Shown piece after piece: positions 48,695 to 58,322 of a stretch of DNA of 64,000 bases. The stretch's first letter is position 1, and every line of letters begins with the position of its first letter. The position numbers and the translations under genes were made by a program. The notes below the pieces were generated by a model. That model was not told where the DNA came from. It was given only the letters and a program-made list of their open reading frames with translations, and did no database searches. Origin of the DNA: an uncultured Actinomycetota bacterium (GTDB lineage Bacteria; Actinomycetota; Actinomycetes; S36-B12; UBA10799); NCBI GenBank assembly GCA_963769435.1, contig CAVYLN010000002.1:93098-157097 (forward strand). Reading direction: 5' to 3'.

Positions 48695-49336
48695 TCACGG
48701 ATCCGGGTCTGCAGCCGCTGACTGAGCGTCTTCCCACAACGGGTGCTTGTGGTGGGCCCAGTCCCGGCTCACCGTTCCCGTCCGCAATCCGAGTCGGGCC
48801 TCGGGATCGCCCCACGCCATCCATATGTGGCCGGCACCCATCACCACGACTGCGAGGGCGAACATGTCGTGCACGAACGTTGCCCCGGTCCGGATATTGT
48901 CCGGCAGCGGTTCGTAGAAGTGGAGCATCAGCCCGGTCACGAACATCACCACTGAGGCACCGAGCACGAACGCACTGTTCACCTTCTGGCCGGCGTTGAA
49001 CTTCCCGGACGGACCGGAGGTGTCGAGCCGGACTGCGGAGCGCAGCCAGACCCAGTCCCACGGCTGAAATCGATTGAGACGCCGCGCGTCCAGGCGGAAG
49101 GCGGGCGAGAGCACCACGGCAAGGACCAAGGGCACTGGCAGGAGCAGTCCCGCCCAGAAATGGATCTGGGCGAGCAGGGCCCGGCGTCCGACGAGTTGGC
49201 TGAGCGGGTCCACGTACAAGAAAGCTGCCGTCATCACCAGCACAGCCGTCAGGCCACCGAACGACATGTGCAACCAGCGCTCCCCCGAAGTGAAGCGACG
49301 CACCGAATCAGACTGTGGGCGCGTCGTCGCGTCCAT
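48695..49336 (-). CDS. Membrane b-type cytochrome-like protein (MsrQ / formate dehydrogenase gamma-like)
   Basis: Four TM segments carry conserved His residues (..ERWLHMSFG.., ..AQIHFWAG.., ..FVHDMFA.., ..GAGHIWM..). It lies immediately downstream of, and overlaps, the Mo-oxidoreductase gene. The start is uncertain. Confidence 0.6.
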   Translation of the reverse strand: MDATTRPQSDSVRRFTSGERWLHMSFGGLTAVLVMTAAFLYVDPLSQLVGRRALLAQIHFWAGLLLPVPLVLAVVLSPAFRLDARRLNRFQPWDWVWLRSAVRLDTSGPSGKFNAGQKVNSAFVLGASVVMFVTGLMLHFYEPLPDNIRTGATFVHDMFALAVVVMGAGHIWMAWGDPEARLGLRTGTVSRDWAHHKHPLWEDAQSAAADPDP

Positions 49337-50012
49337 TCGACCTCCCCACCCACGCATCCACGTCGTAGCCGAGGTCCTCCCAGTACCCAGGCTCCACAGC
49401 CTTCGTGAGCGTGATCCGATCGAGCCACTTCAGGGACTTGTAGAAGTACATCGGTGCCACGTAGAGGCGGACCGGACCCCCGTGGTCGTTGCTCAACGGC
49501 TCACCCTCCAGCTCCGTCGCCACCAGTACATCCGGGCGGGCCGCCTGCTCCAGCGTCAGCGACTCGGTGTAGATCCCGTCGGCTGAACCGAACTCCACAG
49601 CGGTGGCCCCGGACTTCGGCCGGACCTGCGCGAGGATGTCGGAGAGCAACACCCCCGCCCATGCCACGTCGGGGACGCGCCAACCGGTGACGCACTGCAC
49701 GTCTTTCACCATCTGTGTCTGCGGCAGCGCCGCCAGGTCGGCGTAGGTGAATTCCATCGGCCGATCGACCTCACCGTCGACGCGCAACCGGTACTCGCCC
49801 GTCGGCACCTCCTTCACCCGACCCGCCACCGAGTAGAAGCGGAACCGGCCGCCGCCGGGAATCAACCCGGTGAGGCCCGTGGGGTCGTTCTTCGTGAGTT
49901 CTGAGAGCGCAGAGCTTGCGCGGGAGCCAACCACGACGCCGAGTCCTGCGAGACCGAGCAGACCGAGCACCAAGCGCCGCCCCACCGGGCTGCCACCCTC
50001 GCTTTCGTCCAC
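49308..50012 (-). CDS. Molybdopterin-dependent oxidoreductase (sulfite-oxidase/MsrP-like) with Tat-type signal
   Basis: Carries ..GRRLVLGLLGLAGLG.., ..FRFYSVAG.., ..VQCVTGWRVPDVAWAGV.. and ..GGPVRLYVAPMYFYKSLKWL... Confidence 0.75.
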   Translation of the reverse strand: MDESEGGSPVGRRLVLGLLGLAGLGVVVGSRASSALSELTKNDPTGLTGLIPGGGRFRFYSVAGRVKEVPTGEYRLRVDGEVDRPMEFTYADLAALPQTQMVKDVQCVTGWRVPDVAWAGVLLSDILAQVRPKSGATAVEFGSADGIYTESLTLEQAARPDVLVATELEGEPLSNDHGGPVRLYVAPMYFYKSLKWLDRITLTKAVEPGYWEDLGYDVDAWVGRSNGRDDAPTV

Positions 50013-50076
50013 CCCGCAATCTTGCGTCGTTCGGCACTGTCTGTCACCTGCGGGGGCAGATGGCTAGGCTGCGGGA

Positions 50077-50667
50077 ATGCGGCGAATCGGCCTGACCGGC
50101 GGGATCGGCTCGGGCAAGTCCACGGTCTCCGCCATGCTGTCCGAACTCGGGGCTCGGGTCATCGACGCCGATGCCATAGCCCGGGAAGTGGTAGCGCCCG
50201 GCACTGAGGGCCTGGCAGAACTCGTCGCAACCTTCGGCCCGCAGATCCTCGCGCCGGACCACAGCCTCGACCGAACGGCCCTCGCGGACATCGTGTTCGC
50301 GGACCCGGACGCCCGGGACTCGTTGAACGCGATCACGCACCCGCGCATCGCGGCGCGCACGGCCGAGTTGATCGCAGACTTCCCGCACGACGCCGTCATG
50401 GTCCACGACATCCCCCTGCTGGTCGAAGTGGGCCTTCAGGACGCCTACGACGTGGTGCTCGTGGTGGATGCCCCCGACGAGCTGCGTGTGCAGAGACTGG
50501 TGGACAGGGGCTTGTCCGAGGAGGACGCGCGAGCGCGCATCGCGAGCCAGGCTCCCCGAGCACAACGCCTCGCCGCAGCCGATGTGGTCATCGACAACTC
50601 CGGGACCCTGGAGGAGCTCAGGACGCAGGTGCTGCAGGCGTGGCCGACGCTGATCGGCCTGCGCTGA
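50077..50667 (+). CDS. coaE: Dephospho-CoA kinase
   Basis: Begins MRRIGLTGGIGSGKSTVSAML and contains ..ITHPRI... Confidence 0.9.
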   Translation: MRRIGLTGGIGSGKSTVSAMLSELGARVIDADAIAREVVAPGTEGLAELVATFGPQILAPDHSLDRTALADIVFADPDARDSLNAITHPRIAARTAELIADFPHDAVMVHDIPLLVEVGLQDAYDVVLVVDAPDELRVQRLVDRGLSEEDARARIASQAPRAQRLAAADVVIDNSGTLEELRTQVLQAWPTLIGLR

Positions 50668-52599
50668 GCAGTCGTGGTCCCAGCCATTCCCAGTAGAGCC
50701 GGGCGCCTTCCTCGGTGAAGTGGACCCCGTCGGTGTGCATCGTGACGCCGTCGATGGTGGCCCGATGGTAACCAGCGTCACACAAGATCGGCTCGGGGTC
50801 GATCACGGTCACGTCCAGCCCTGAGCGCTCGACGGCTTCAAGCGCTGCGTCGTTGACCGCTTTCACCCGAGCCGGGTCGTTGACCACATCCGGATAGCGA
50901 CCCGCCTGATAGAGCACGGCGTCGGGGAGATCGAGGTCCGGGGCACCGTGACACGTGTTCAGGATGACCGCCACGTTCGGGGTGACCGCCGAAAGTTCCC
51001 GAAGGACGCGCTCGTAGTCGGCCACAGTGGCTTCCCGCCACTTCGGTTCGGTGTATGCCACCTGCCGGCCGTCGATCCATCGGTCGTACTGTTCCCACGG
51101 GCCGGCGAAACATCACCCCGAGATTCGCACCGGACGCTGCGATCACTTCCGCGCGTTCCTGCTCCCAGGTGTTGCACGTCTGCGACAACGGCATGGCGGA
51201 CCCGTTGAGCGCCGCTTGGATACGGTACGAGGCCGCAACCGAATTCGGTGCCAGGCAGCACGCTCAGGCTGGCGGTCTTGCCGGGCTGATACGCAGCGAA
51301 CAAGGACAGCGCCACCGAGTCTCCGACGAGGATCGCACGCACGTCGCTGGTCACGGCCGGTGCGGTGCTGCTGGCGGTCGGGCGGGGGCTCGGCGTCTGG
51401 GTGGCGGCGTCCCGAATCGCCTCCAGCGAATCCTGCGCAGGCGATCTGGCCGTCGTGGCGGTGATCGCGAGCAGGCCGAGCACCGCCACGGGCGCGGCAA
51501 GGACCACCGCGACTCGCTGAGACTGCGTCAAACGGCTCAGCGCACCGCGCCTGACCGGCATCTCGACGAGGTAGTAGGACAGCGTTGCAATCCCGAACGT
51601 GACGGCGATCCGCAGCAGGAGCAGTGACGTACCCGAGATCCCCGTACGCGTGGGACTGAGCACCACGTACACGGGCCAGTGCCACAGGTACAGGCCGTAG
51701 GAGATCTTCCCGATCCACACCACAGGTGACCAAGTCAAGCCGCGTGCGACGAGCCCTTCGGGCCGGGCCACTAGTGCCGCAAGAACGACGGCGGACACCA
51801 GAGCCACCAGCAGGAATCCGCCGTAGTACAGCCACTCGGACGTGTCATCGGTCCATGCCAGCAAGAGCACGAGGCCCACGGCCCCAGTCGGCGCCAACCA
51901 CCTCGCGGGACCCCGCACCCGCTCCACCACGCCCGGCGTGAACAGGCTGGCCAGCCCGGCACCGATCAGTAGCGCGAGCAGTCTGGTGTCGGTGCCGTAG
52001 TACGCGCGGGAAGGGTCGGAACCGGGGGTGTACAGCAACGCCATCACCACGGCCGAGACCAGGGCGAGGGCCCCGAAGAGAGCAGCCCACCACCTTCTGT
52101 TCCGGATTCGCGGCAGGACCAGAACCAGTACCAATGGCAGCAGCAGGTACCACTGCTCCTCGATCGCCAGCGACCAGGTGTGGGTCAACGGTGACGGGTC
52201 CTGGAACTGCTCGAAGTACGAGTTGCCCGAGAATATGAACCACCAATTGCTGACATAGAACAGAGTCGCCAGGACATCGGAACGCACAGAGGAGGCCGCC
52301 TCCCCCGCAAGGAAGGCCGCGTAGATCAGGACAGCGACGAGCACGAGGAGCAACGCAGGTAACAGTCGTCGGGCACGCCGGCCCCAGAACGCCGGCAGGT
52401 TCAGGCCACCAGTGGACTCGAACTCCAGCAGCAGCAACGTCGTGATGAGGAAGCCGGACAGGACGAAGAACACATCCACGCCGAGGAATCCGCCACCAAC
52501 GACTGCGACTCCGCCGTGGTAGAGCATGACCGCCAGCACAGCCAGGGCGCGAAGACCATCGAGGGCCGGGGTGTACTGAAGCCCGAGCCGGCCGTTCAT
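50618..52599 (-). pseudogene. OafA-type O-acyltransferase (AT3 membrane domain + C-terminal SGNH domain), two frameshifts
   Basis: The AT3 N-terminus is ..LDGLRALAVLAVMLYH..GVDVFFVLSGFLIT..RRARRLLPAL... The SGNH part is spread over three frames: ..ILVGDSVALSL..EFGCGL, then YRIQAALNGSAMPLSQTCNTW..LGVMF, then AGPWEQYDRWIDGRQVAYTEPKW..DGVHFTEEG. The span is 1982 nt (3n+2). Confidence 0.8.
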
Positions 52600-53081
52600 G
52601 AGGCCGGATTCTGTGTGGCGGAGGAACGGGTCGCCTGGTCGGTCGCCATCTGCTCCAGGATCAGGCTCCAGAGCATATCTCCCCCGCGGGGAGTCCAGTG
52701 CATGCCGTCATCGGGCAAGGTGATGCCGTCGAGGACATCCACCGAACGTCCGCTGTCGCAGGTGAGGGGCGACGGATCGACGGTGTGCACATTGGACCGG
52801 GTCGCCGCCACCTCGTCGATGAGTGAATTTGCGATCGCGGTGCTCTTGGCATCGACATCGGCTCCGGTTCCCGGGGCCAGCATGCACCCGTACTTGATGA
52901 TGTACCGCCGGGGGTTACGACTCCATGCCGTCATGAGCACGAGGAAGCCGGCAGGCAACAGTCGGGATTCGGTGTGGAAGAGCATCACCGCCAGGACGGC
53001 CACACCACGCAGGCCGTCCACGGCGGCGATGCGGGTCTTCGGGGTCGTGACCACGGCATCGCAATGGGTCGTCTGCGTCAT
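52596..53081 (-). CDS. Intact 161-aa ORF that looks like an internally deleted AT3+SGNH acyltransferase
   Basis: The N-terminus ..RIAAVDGLRGVAVLAVMLFHTESRLLPAGFL (the first AT3 helix) is joined directly to an SGNH C-terminal end ..IANSLIDEVAA..LDGITLPDDGMHWTPRGG... ATGA overlaps occur at both ends. Confidence 0.55.
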   Translation of the reverse strand: MTQTTHCDAVVTTPKTRIAAVDGLRGVAVLAVMLFHTESRLLPAGFLVLMTAWSRNPRRYIIKYGCMLAPGTGADVDAKSTAIANSLIDEVAATRSNVHTVDPSPLTCDSGRSVDVLDGITLPDDGMHWTPRGGDMLWSLILEQMATDQATRSSATQNPAS

Positions 53082-54889
53082 GGCGCCACCGCCTGATCCT
53101 CGGTGATCCCACCTCCTGCGCGCGATGCTCCAACGCAGAACGCTGCCTTGCCTTCGAGCACGCGAACGTCGAATCCGGAGAACGGACCAATGGGCGGGAT
53201 GAACCAGACGGACTTGAATCCTGGCGGTACTGACGCGCTCTGCCGCCAGTCACCACTGCGGACTTCGAGCACTGCATCCTCGCTGGCCAGGTAGTCGATC
53301 GAGAGCAGCGGGTTCCCGAGCCCTCCCTCACTCATGGGGACGCGGGTCCACGCCGACGTGATGGACACGGAGCAGTCCGCTCCGAACCCTGGGACGGTCG
53401 TCGACTTGACCGGCGAGACCATGACGGGCGCGATGCGTCCCGTCAGGTCCGCACCGACAGGCAGGATCGTCGAGGTCATGATGCGCGGTTGCTCGGCTCC
53501 GACCGCCAGAAGGGTCCGCGTCGTCCCGAGTTCGAACTGGAGCCCTGACTCGGCAGTTCCGAAGAACATGGGGCTGATCATGCCGGGGGGGCTGGTGGTC
53601 GGGACCAGCGGCGGTTTGCCCTCCCCCACGAACAGGCTGCGGGCGGTGGTCAGCCATTGGCGGGGTTCGTTCCCGTCGGTGGTCCGCGCGATCGCCACCG
53701 CGCTGGCGAGGAAGCCCAGCACGGCGACGACTGCGAAGGGTGTGACCCACCACAGCGACGTCGGCCGTTCGGAGCCACGGGTCCCGAAGGATGAGACACA
53801 GAGGAGAACGATCGTCCCGGTCAGCAGGTAGTAGCGAGGATCCTGGTGCATCTGCGGACCGATGAAACCACCGCGGAAGAACTCCACCACGGCCGTCTCC
53901 ACGACCAGGAAGGCAGCGACGGCGAGCACGCAGTGTCCGAACTGCGCCCGGTCCCTACGCAGCCCCAGGATGGCGAGCACCACCCACAGGACAGTGCACA
54001 AGGCGAGCGCCCACACGGGGATGGGCCCAGGAAGCGTTGTTCGCTCATCGGGCCAGAAGGCATTCACCCCCAAGAGGTCACGCATCACCCCCCACGGCCC
54101 CGCGAACCACAGCGCCTGCACGGTCTCCGCCGCGGTGGCGGGCTGTCCGCCGGTCCAGCCCGACGACAACAGCCGACTGAGGCTGACGAGCGCCACAGTG
54201 AGGGCCGCGAGCAACCACCACAGTCCACGATCGTTACGGTACGTGTACCGAAGACGGCCGCCGATCCCCCCCGTGGCGAACACATACCCCGTCGCGAACA
54301 GCACCGGCCCCATGAACAAGGCCCGTTCATTGAAACCGGTTCCGAGAATCAAGAGCAGGCCGATCATCGGGATCCGCCTTGTCCACGACCGGGCATACAG
54401 CCCCAGAGCCGCGAGGATCGCAAGGAGCGAGAACGTCTCCAACCCCGATGAGAACCAGGTCTCGGGGATGAGCAGGCCGGGCCAGAGGCAGAACGCCACC
54501 GTCGCGATCACCGCGGGCCAGGTGACCCCCGCCAGTCGTCGGACGGCGAGCCAGAAGGCCGTCGGGAGCAGAGCCGCGAGGAGCACCAGGATCAGCGCCA
54601 CCGGCCACCAGGTCTGTGGCCAAATTCGTGTCAGCGCCCACATCACGGCGAAGGTCAACGGCTGCCGATGCCCGTTCCACTCCTGCAGGATCAGGTCCTC
54701 GGCCGGTGCATTCCAGGCGGTCCAGATGTGAATGTAATCGTCCTGCCAGAAGAACGAACGCATGATGACGAGGGCCCGCACGGCGGTGGTGACCGCAATC
54801 GTTCCCCATACCAGGTAGCCGGCCCACACGCCTGCGGTCGACCGACGGCCGGCGACCTGGACCGGTGCGTTCTCCTCCTGCAGGCTCAT
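53078..54889 (-). CDS. Polytopic membrane protein, GT-C-like (paralog of 1238..3064)
   Basis: 603 aa. The first loop carries FFWQDDYIHIW..NGHRQPLTF. Many TM segments and a soluble C-terminal domain follow. ATGA overlaps occur at both ends. Confidence 0.6.
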   Translation of the reverse strand: MSLQEENAPVQVAGRRSTAGVWAGYLVWGTIAVTTAVRALVIMRSFFWQDDYIHIWTAWNAPAEDLILQEWNGHRQPLTFAVMWALTRIWPQTWWPVALILVLLAALLPTAFWLAVRRLAGVTWPAVIATVAFCLWPGLLIPETWFSSGLETFSLLAILAALGLYARSWTRRIPMIGLLLILGTGFNERALFMGPVLFATGYVFATGGIGGRLRYTYRNDRGLWWLLAALTVALVSLSRLLSSGWTGGQPATAAETVQALWFAGPWGVMRDLLGVNAFWPDERTTLPGPIPVWALALCTVLWVVLAILGLRRDRAQFGHCVLAVAAFLVVETAVVEFFRGGFIGPQMHQDPRYYLLTGTIVLLCVSSFGTRGSERPTSLWWVTPFAVVAVLGFLASAVAIARTTDGNEPRQWLTTARSLFVGEGKPPLVPTTSPPGMISPMFFGTAESGLQFELGTTRTLLAVGAEQPRIMTSTILPVGADLTGRIAPVMVSPVKSTTVPGFGADCSVSITSAWTRVPMSEGGLGNPLLSIDYLASEDAVLEVRSGDWRQSASVPPGFKSVWFIPPIGPFSGFDVRVLEGKAAFCVGASRAGGGITEDQAVAP

Positions 54890-56790
54890 CCGACGGCGCT
54901 CCCCTCAGGCACGGGAGCCGCGGATTCAGGAACCAGAGACGTGAGCTGGGGAGAGAGCCAGTCCCACGTCTTCAGAGCCTTGTCCTTGGTGAAGTGGATC
55001 CCATCGAGGTAGAACGGCGCCGGATCGGTGGAACAGGTGAAGGCGGACAGGTCGACGAAGGCATACCCCCGCTCTTGGGCGTAGTCCGCGAGCATCTGGC
55101 GCACCGCAGCGGTGCGGGACCTGTCGTTCTTCGCGTCATTGATGGGATTCGAGTTCAAAGCGGTGCACGCAGGAGAGGCGATGGCGATGTGGGGCACATC
55201 CAGCCCGGCGACACTGCGATCCAGGGTCTCGCGGACAAGTTCCCGGTAGCCCTCGCTACCGAAGGCTTGCTGTGGCCCACCGTCGCTGACGTCGAACTGG
55301 TACTGGCTGCTGGCCACCAGCAGCAAGACATCCGGCTTGAGCCGCTGCACGTCGTCACGCCACTGGCCCAGCCAGGCCTGACAGTTCGTCCCCGGGGGCG
55401 GGCCGGCCTCGGTGGCGCTGCCGTCCGGGAGCAGGAACTCCAAATCGATGGGCGGACAGCCCAGCAGCATGGAGCCTGTCACGGCCATGTCGTTGCGAGG
55501 GTTGAGCCACAACGGTTGCCACAGGGATCCCGCCACCGAGTCCCCCACTGCGAAGACCTTGACTCCGTTGCCATGGAACTCGAAGGCCGCCTGTTCAGGC
55601 AAAGCACGCAGCGTGTTGGCCTCGCTGGCCTTCGGAGTGCAGGCGATGATCAGTCCGATGAGCGGCAGGGGCAGGACCAGCATCAGGATTCCCACCCGGC
55701 GAAGGGGCCAGGCACGCACCGGACGCTCCACGAGCAGGTAGGACAGCCCCGCTGCGAGGAATGTCAGGGTGAGACGGACGACGGTCGGTGAGTTCGTCTG
55801 CTCGTCGGTCACGATGATGCTGATGGGCCAATGCCACAGGTAGAGGCCGTAGCTGATCACACCGATACGTCGGAGAGGTTCCCACGACAGAACCCTGGAG
55901 AGCCTGCCCGACGGCGCCAGAGCACCGATGATCAGCAGCGCTGAGAAGACGCTGGCCAGCAGGAGTTGGGCCGGAACGCTCGTTCGCTCGCGCCACAGCG
56001 CGGCCATCGCCGCCAGGCCAACCGCCCCCACCCAGCCTGCCAAGGCCACCCACGCAGTGGGCAGGGGTCCCAGGCGCTGTCCGTACCGTCGCACCCATGC
56101 GACCCCGATCACTCCGAGGACCGCTCCCGCGAGGAGTTGCTGTGCACGGGTGTCCGTACTCAGATAGAGCCGATTCGGGTCGGCGCCGTGTTCGGCGAGC
56201 ATGGCCGTCCACACGACGGACCCCACTGCGAGGGCGCCACAGGCCATACCGATCACACGCAGCGAGAACCGGCGCAGCGCCACGAGTCCGAGCAGCAGGA
56301 GAGGAAAGAGCAGGTACCACTGCTCTTCGACACTGAGTGACCACGTGTGCAGAAGCGGTGACGGGGTCTCGTACGCGTCGAAGTAGGAAACACCCGTTCG
56401 CAGAAGCCACCAGTTGTTGACGTAGAAGAGCGTGGCCAGTCCCTGTCCACGGATCGTGGACTGCTCGAGTGCTGGCGTGGTGAGGGCGTACAGGCACACG
56501 GCGACCAGCATCAGAGCCAGTGCCGGGAACAGCCTGCGGGCCCGCCGTAACCAGAACCGGGGCAGCGAGAATGCCGTAGGACTGCGCTGAACAAGCAACG
56601 TCGTGATCAGGAATCCAGAGAGGACAAAGAAGACGTCCACACCGATGAAGCCACCCGGAAGCCACCGCTGCCCGAAGTGAAAGGACATCACGGCGAGGAC
56701 CGCGAAGGCTCTGGTCCCGTCGAGTGCCGGGATGTACGCCAGCGATGGCGCCGCCCGGGTCGTGGCCTTCGGGACCGTGGCGCTCGTCAT
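54886..56790 (-). CDS. OafA-type O-acyltransferase (AT3 + SGNH), intact
   Basis: The AT3 part is ..IPALDGTRAFAVLAVMSFH..GVDVFFVLSGFLIT..RRARRLFPAL... The C-terminal SGNH part is VFAVGDSVAGSL ... LDGIHFTKD. ATG at 56790 overlaps the upstream stop. Confidence 0.85.
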   Translation of the reverse strand: MTSATVPKATTRAAPSLAYIPALDGTRAFAVLAVMSFHFGQRWLPGGFIGVDVFFVLSGFLITTLLVQRSPTAFSLPRFWLRRARRLFPALALMLVAVCLYALTTPALEQSTIRGQGLATLFYVNNWWLLRTGVSYFDAYETPSPLLHTWSLSVEEQWYLLFPLLLLGLVALRRFSLRVIGMACGALAVGSVVWTAMLAEHGADPNRLYLSTDTRAQQLLAGAVLGVIGVAWVRRYGQRLGPLPTAWVALAGWVGAVGLAAMAALWRERTSVPAQLLLASVFSALLIIGALAPSGRLSRVLSWEPLRRIGVISYGLYLWHWPISIIVTDEQTNSPTVVRLTLTFLAAGLSYLLVERPVRAWPLRRVGILMLVLPLPLIGLIIACTPKASEANTLRALPEQAAFEFHGNGVKVFAVGDSVAGSLWQPLWLNPRNDMAVTGSMLLGCPPIDLEFLLPDGSATEAGPPPGTNCQAWLGQWRDDVQRLKPDVLLLVASSQYQFDVSDGGPQQAFGSEGYRELVRETLDRSVAGLDVPHIAIASPACTALNSNPINDAKNDRSRTAAVRQMLADYAQERGYAFVDLSAFTCSTDPAPFYLDGIHFTKDKALKTWDWLSPQLTSLVPESAAPVPEGSAVG

Positions 56791-58253
56791 CCGGCTCCCT
56801 TGATAGTGCTCCAGACGCTCCGAAGTCCCTCGCGCAGGGCGGGGTCCTCGAGTCGATCGGGATCGCGCCACATAATCGCCTCGACGTTCCCCTCCGGCAG
56901 CATGCGGCCATAGTGGCCGATGCGCCATCCCGGTCCGCTGTACAGCACCTCGTCGCCCGCACGCGGCGGCGCCCCGGAGGGGACGAACGTCTGCAGTGCG
57001 AGAAAGCGATCCATGAGGGCACAGAGGTCGATCATGTGGATGGCAGGCCCGAGACGCATCCCCCGGTATCCCAACCCTGCGTATTGGGTGTTGGAGATCC
57101 GCGGGACACCCGGGCCGACCTGCTGCCAGGCATCGGCCTGTTCCTCCAACGACCGGCGATCCATGGCCTGCACCGCCGGAGGCGTTGCGATGGCCGGGAA
57201 GCCGTCGAACACGTTCGTGTGCGCGGCCACGAGCCAGAAAGTGCGTTCATCCGTGACGCCACGCTCGATCGGCAATGAGCTGGCGGTGTCGGCACGAAGC
57301 CCCAGCGACGTGGCGAAGGCGGCCACGATCAGGATCACACTGCCTGCGTTGAATGCTGCGTTCCACACCGGTGGCCTGCCCACATGTCCGCGAGAGGCGA
57401 TGACGATCGCCGACACCGCCGCGACCATGGGCACATACAGGAATCTGCCTGCCATGAAGTCGCCCCCCACCCAGACGACGTAAGCCAGATAGGCGACGAC
57501 ACCAACGAGCACTACGGCCGCCTTGAGGCTCCTACCGATCACCACGGCGCCGAGCGGAACCAGCGCGCCCGCCAGCAGTGTGAGCAGCCGACGGAGTTCG
57601 TACCGACTGTTCACCGCCACCCAGATCAACAGCGGAAGCATGAGCAGGAGCAGATCTAGAGGAGTGAGCATGATTAGTGACGCCACCACGCCCCATCCCC
57701 CGACGGCCATGATAGAGGTCGAATCGCGGGGTACCCACGCGATGAGCAGACACACGAGTGCGGCGGCCAACGCCCCTTCCAGACCGCCGGTCGACCAGGT
57801 CAGGATGGTGTTTGACAGGGTGACAGTGAGCCCGATGAAGAGCAGTGCCGCGAAGGACCGGACCCGGAAGACCATGATGGCCACTGCGGCCGTGGCCAGA
57901 GCCACGCTCACCAGGATCACGGGCAACACCCAAGATCCGGCCAGCCAACCGATGAGCGTGATCAGCAGGAACCACAACGGATGGGTGTAGGCCGCAACAC
58001 GTTCATCTGGGTTGTAGCCCAGGCCGTTGCCATGGATGGCGTTCAGCGACGTTCGCAACGTGATCAGCCAGTCGTCGCCGTACCAGGCCATTCGGAGGGT
58101 GGCGAGGGCGAAGACGACCGTAACGAGGGCAGCCGCCCACCGCAGGAACCGTGTGGGTTCGGGCATCACGGTCAGTGTCGCTCGATGATGCCCACTCCCG
58201 CGGCGTACGTCAACGGCTGTCGACATCGGTGTCCACGGGCTGGCCCCCAACAA
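56787..58253 (-). CDS. Polytopic membrane protein, GT-C-like (arabinofuranosyl/glycosyltransferase-like loop motif)
   Basis: The first loop carries WYGDDWLITLRTSLNAIHGNGLGYNPDERVAAYTHPLWFLL, a DD-containing loop resembling those of GT-C enzymes. About 10 TM segments and a soluble C-terminus follow. The start is uncertain (58253, 58226 or 58166). Confidence 0.55.
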   Translation of the reverse strand: MLGASPWTPMSTAVDVRRGSGHHRATLTVMPEPTRFLRWAAALVTVVFALATLRMAWYGDDWLITLRTSLNAIHGNGLGYNPDERVAAYTHPLWFLLITLIGWLAGSWVLPVILVSVALATAAVAIMVFRVRSFAALLFIGLTVTLSNTILTWSTGGLEGALAAALVCLLIAWVPRDSTSIMAVGGWGVVASLIMLTPLDLLLLMLPLLIWVAVNSRYELRRLLTLLAGALVPLGAVVIGRSLKAAVVLVGVVAYLAYVVWVGGDFMAGRFLYVPMVAAVSAIVIASRGHVGRPPVWNAAFNAGSVILIVAAFATSLGLRADTASSLPIERGVTDERTFWLVAAHTNVFDGFPAIATPPAVQAMDRRSLEEQADAWQQVGPGVPRISNTQYAGLGYRGMRLGPAIHMIDLCALMDRFLALQTFVPSGAPPRAGDEVLYSGPGWRIGHYGRMLPEGNVEAIMWRDPDRLEDPALREGLRSVWSTIKGAG

Positions 58254-58322
58254 CTGGTTTGATGAATGGCTGTCTACGGCACCCTAATGTAGCCATCCTG
58301 TGCCGAGAATCATGGGACCGAA

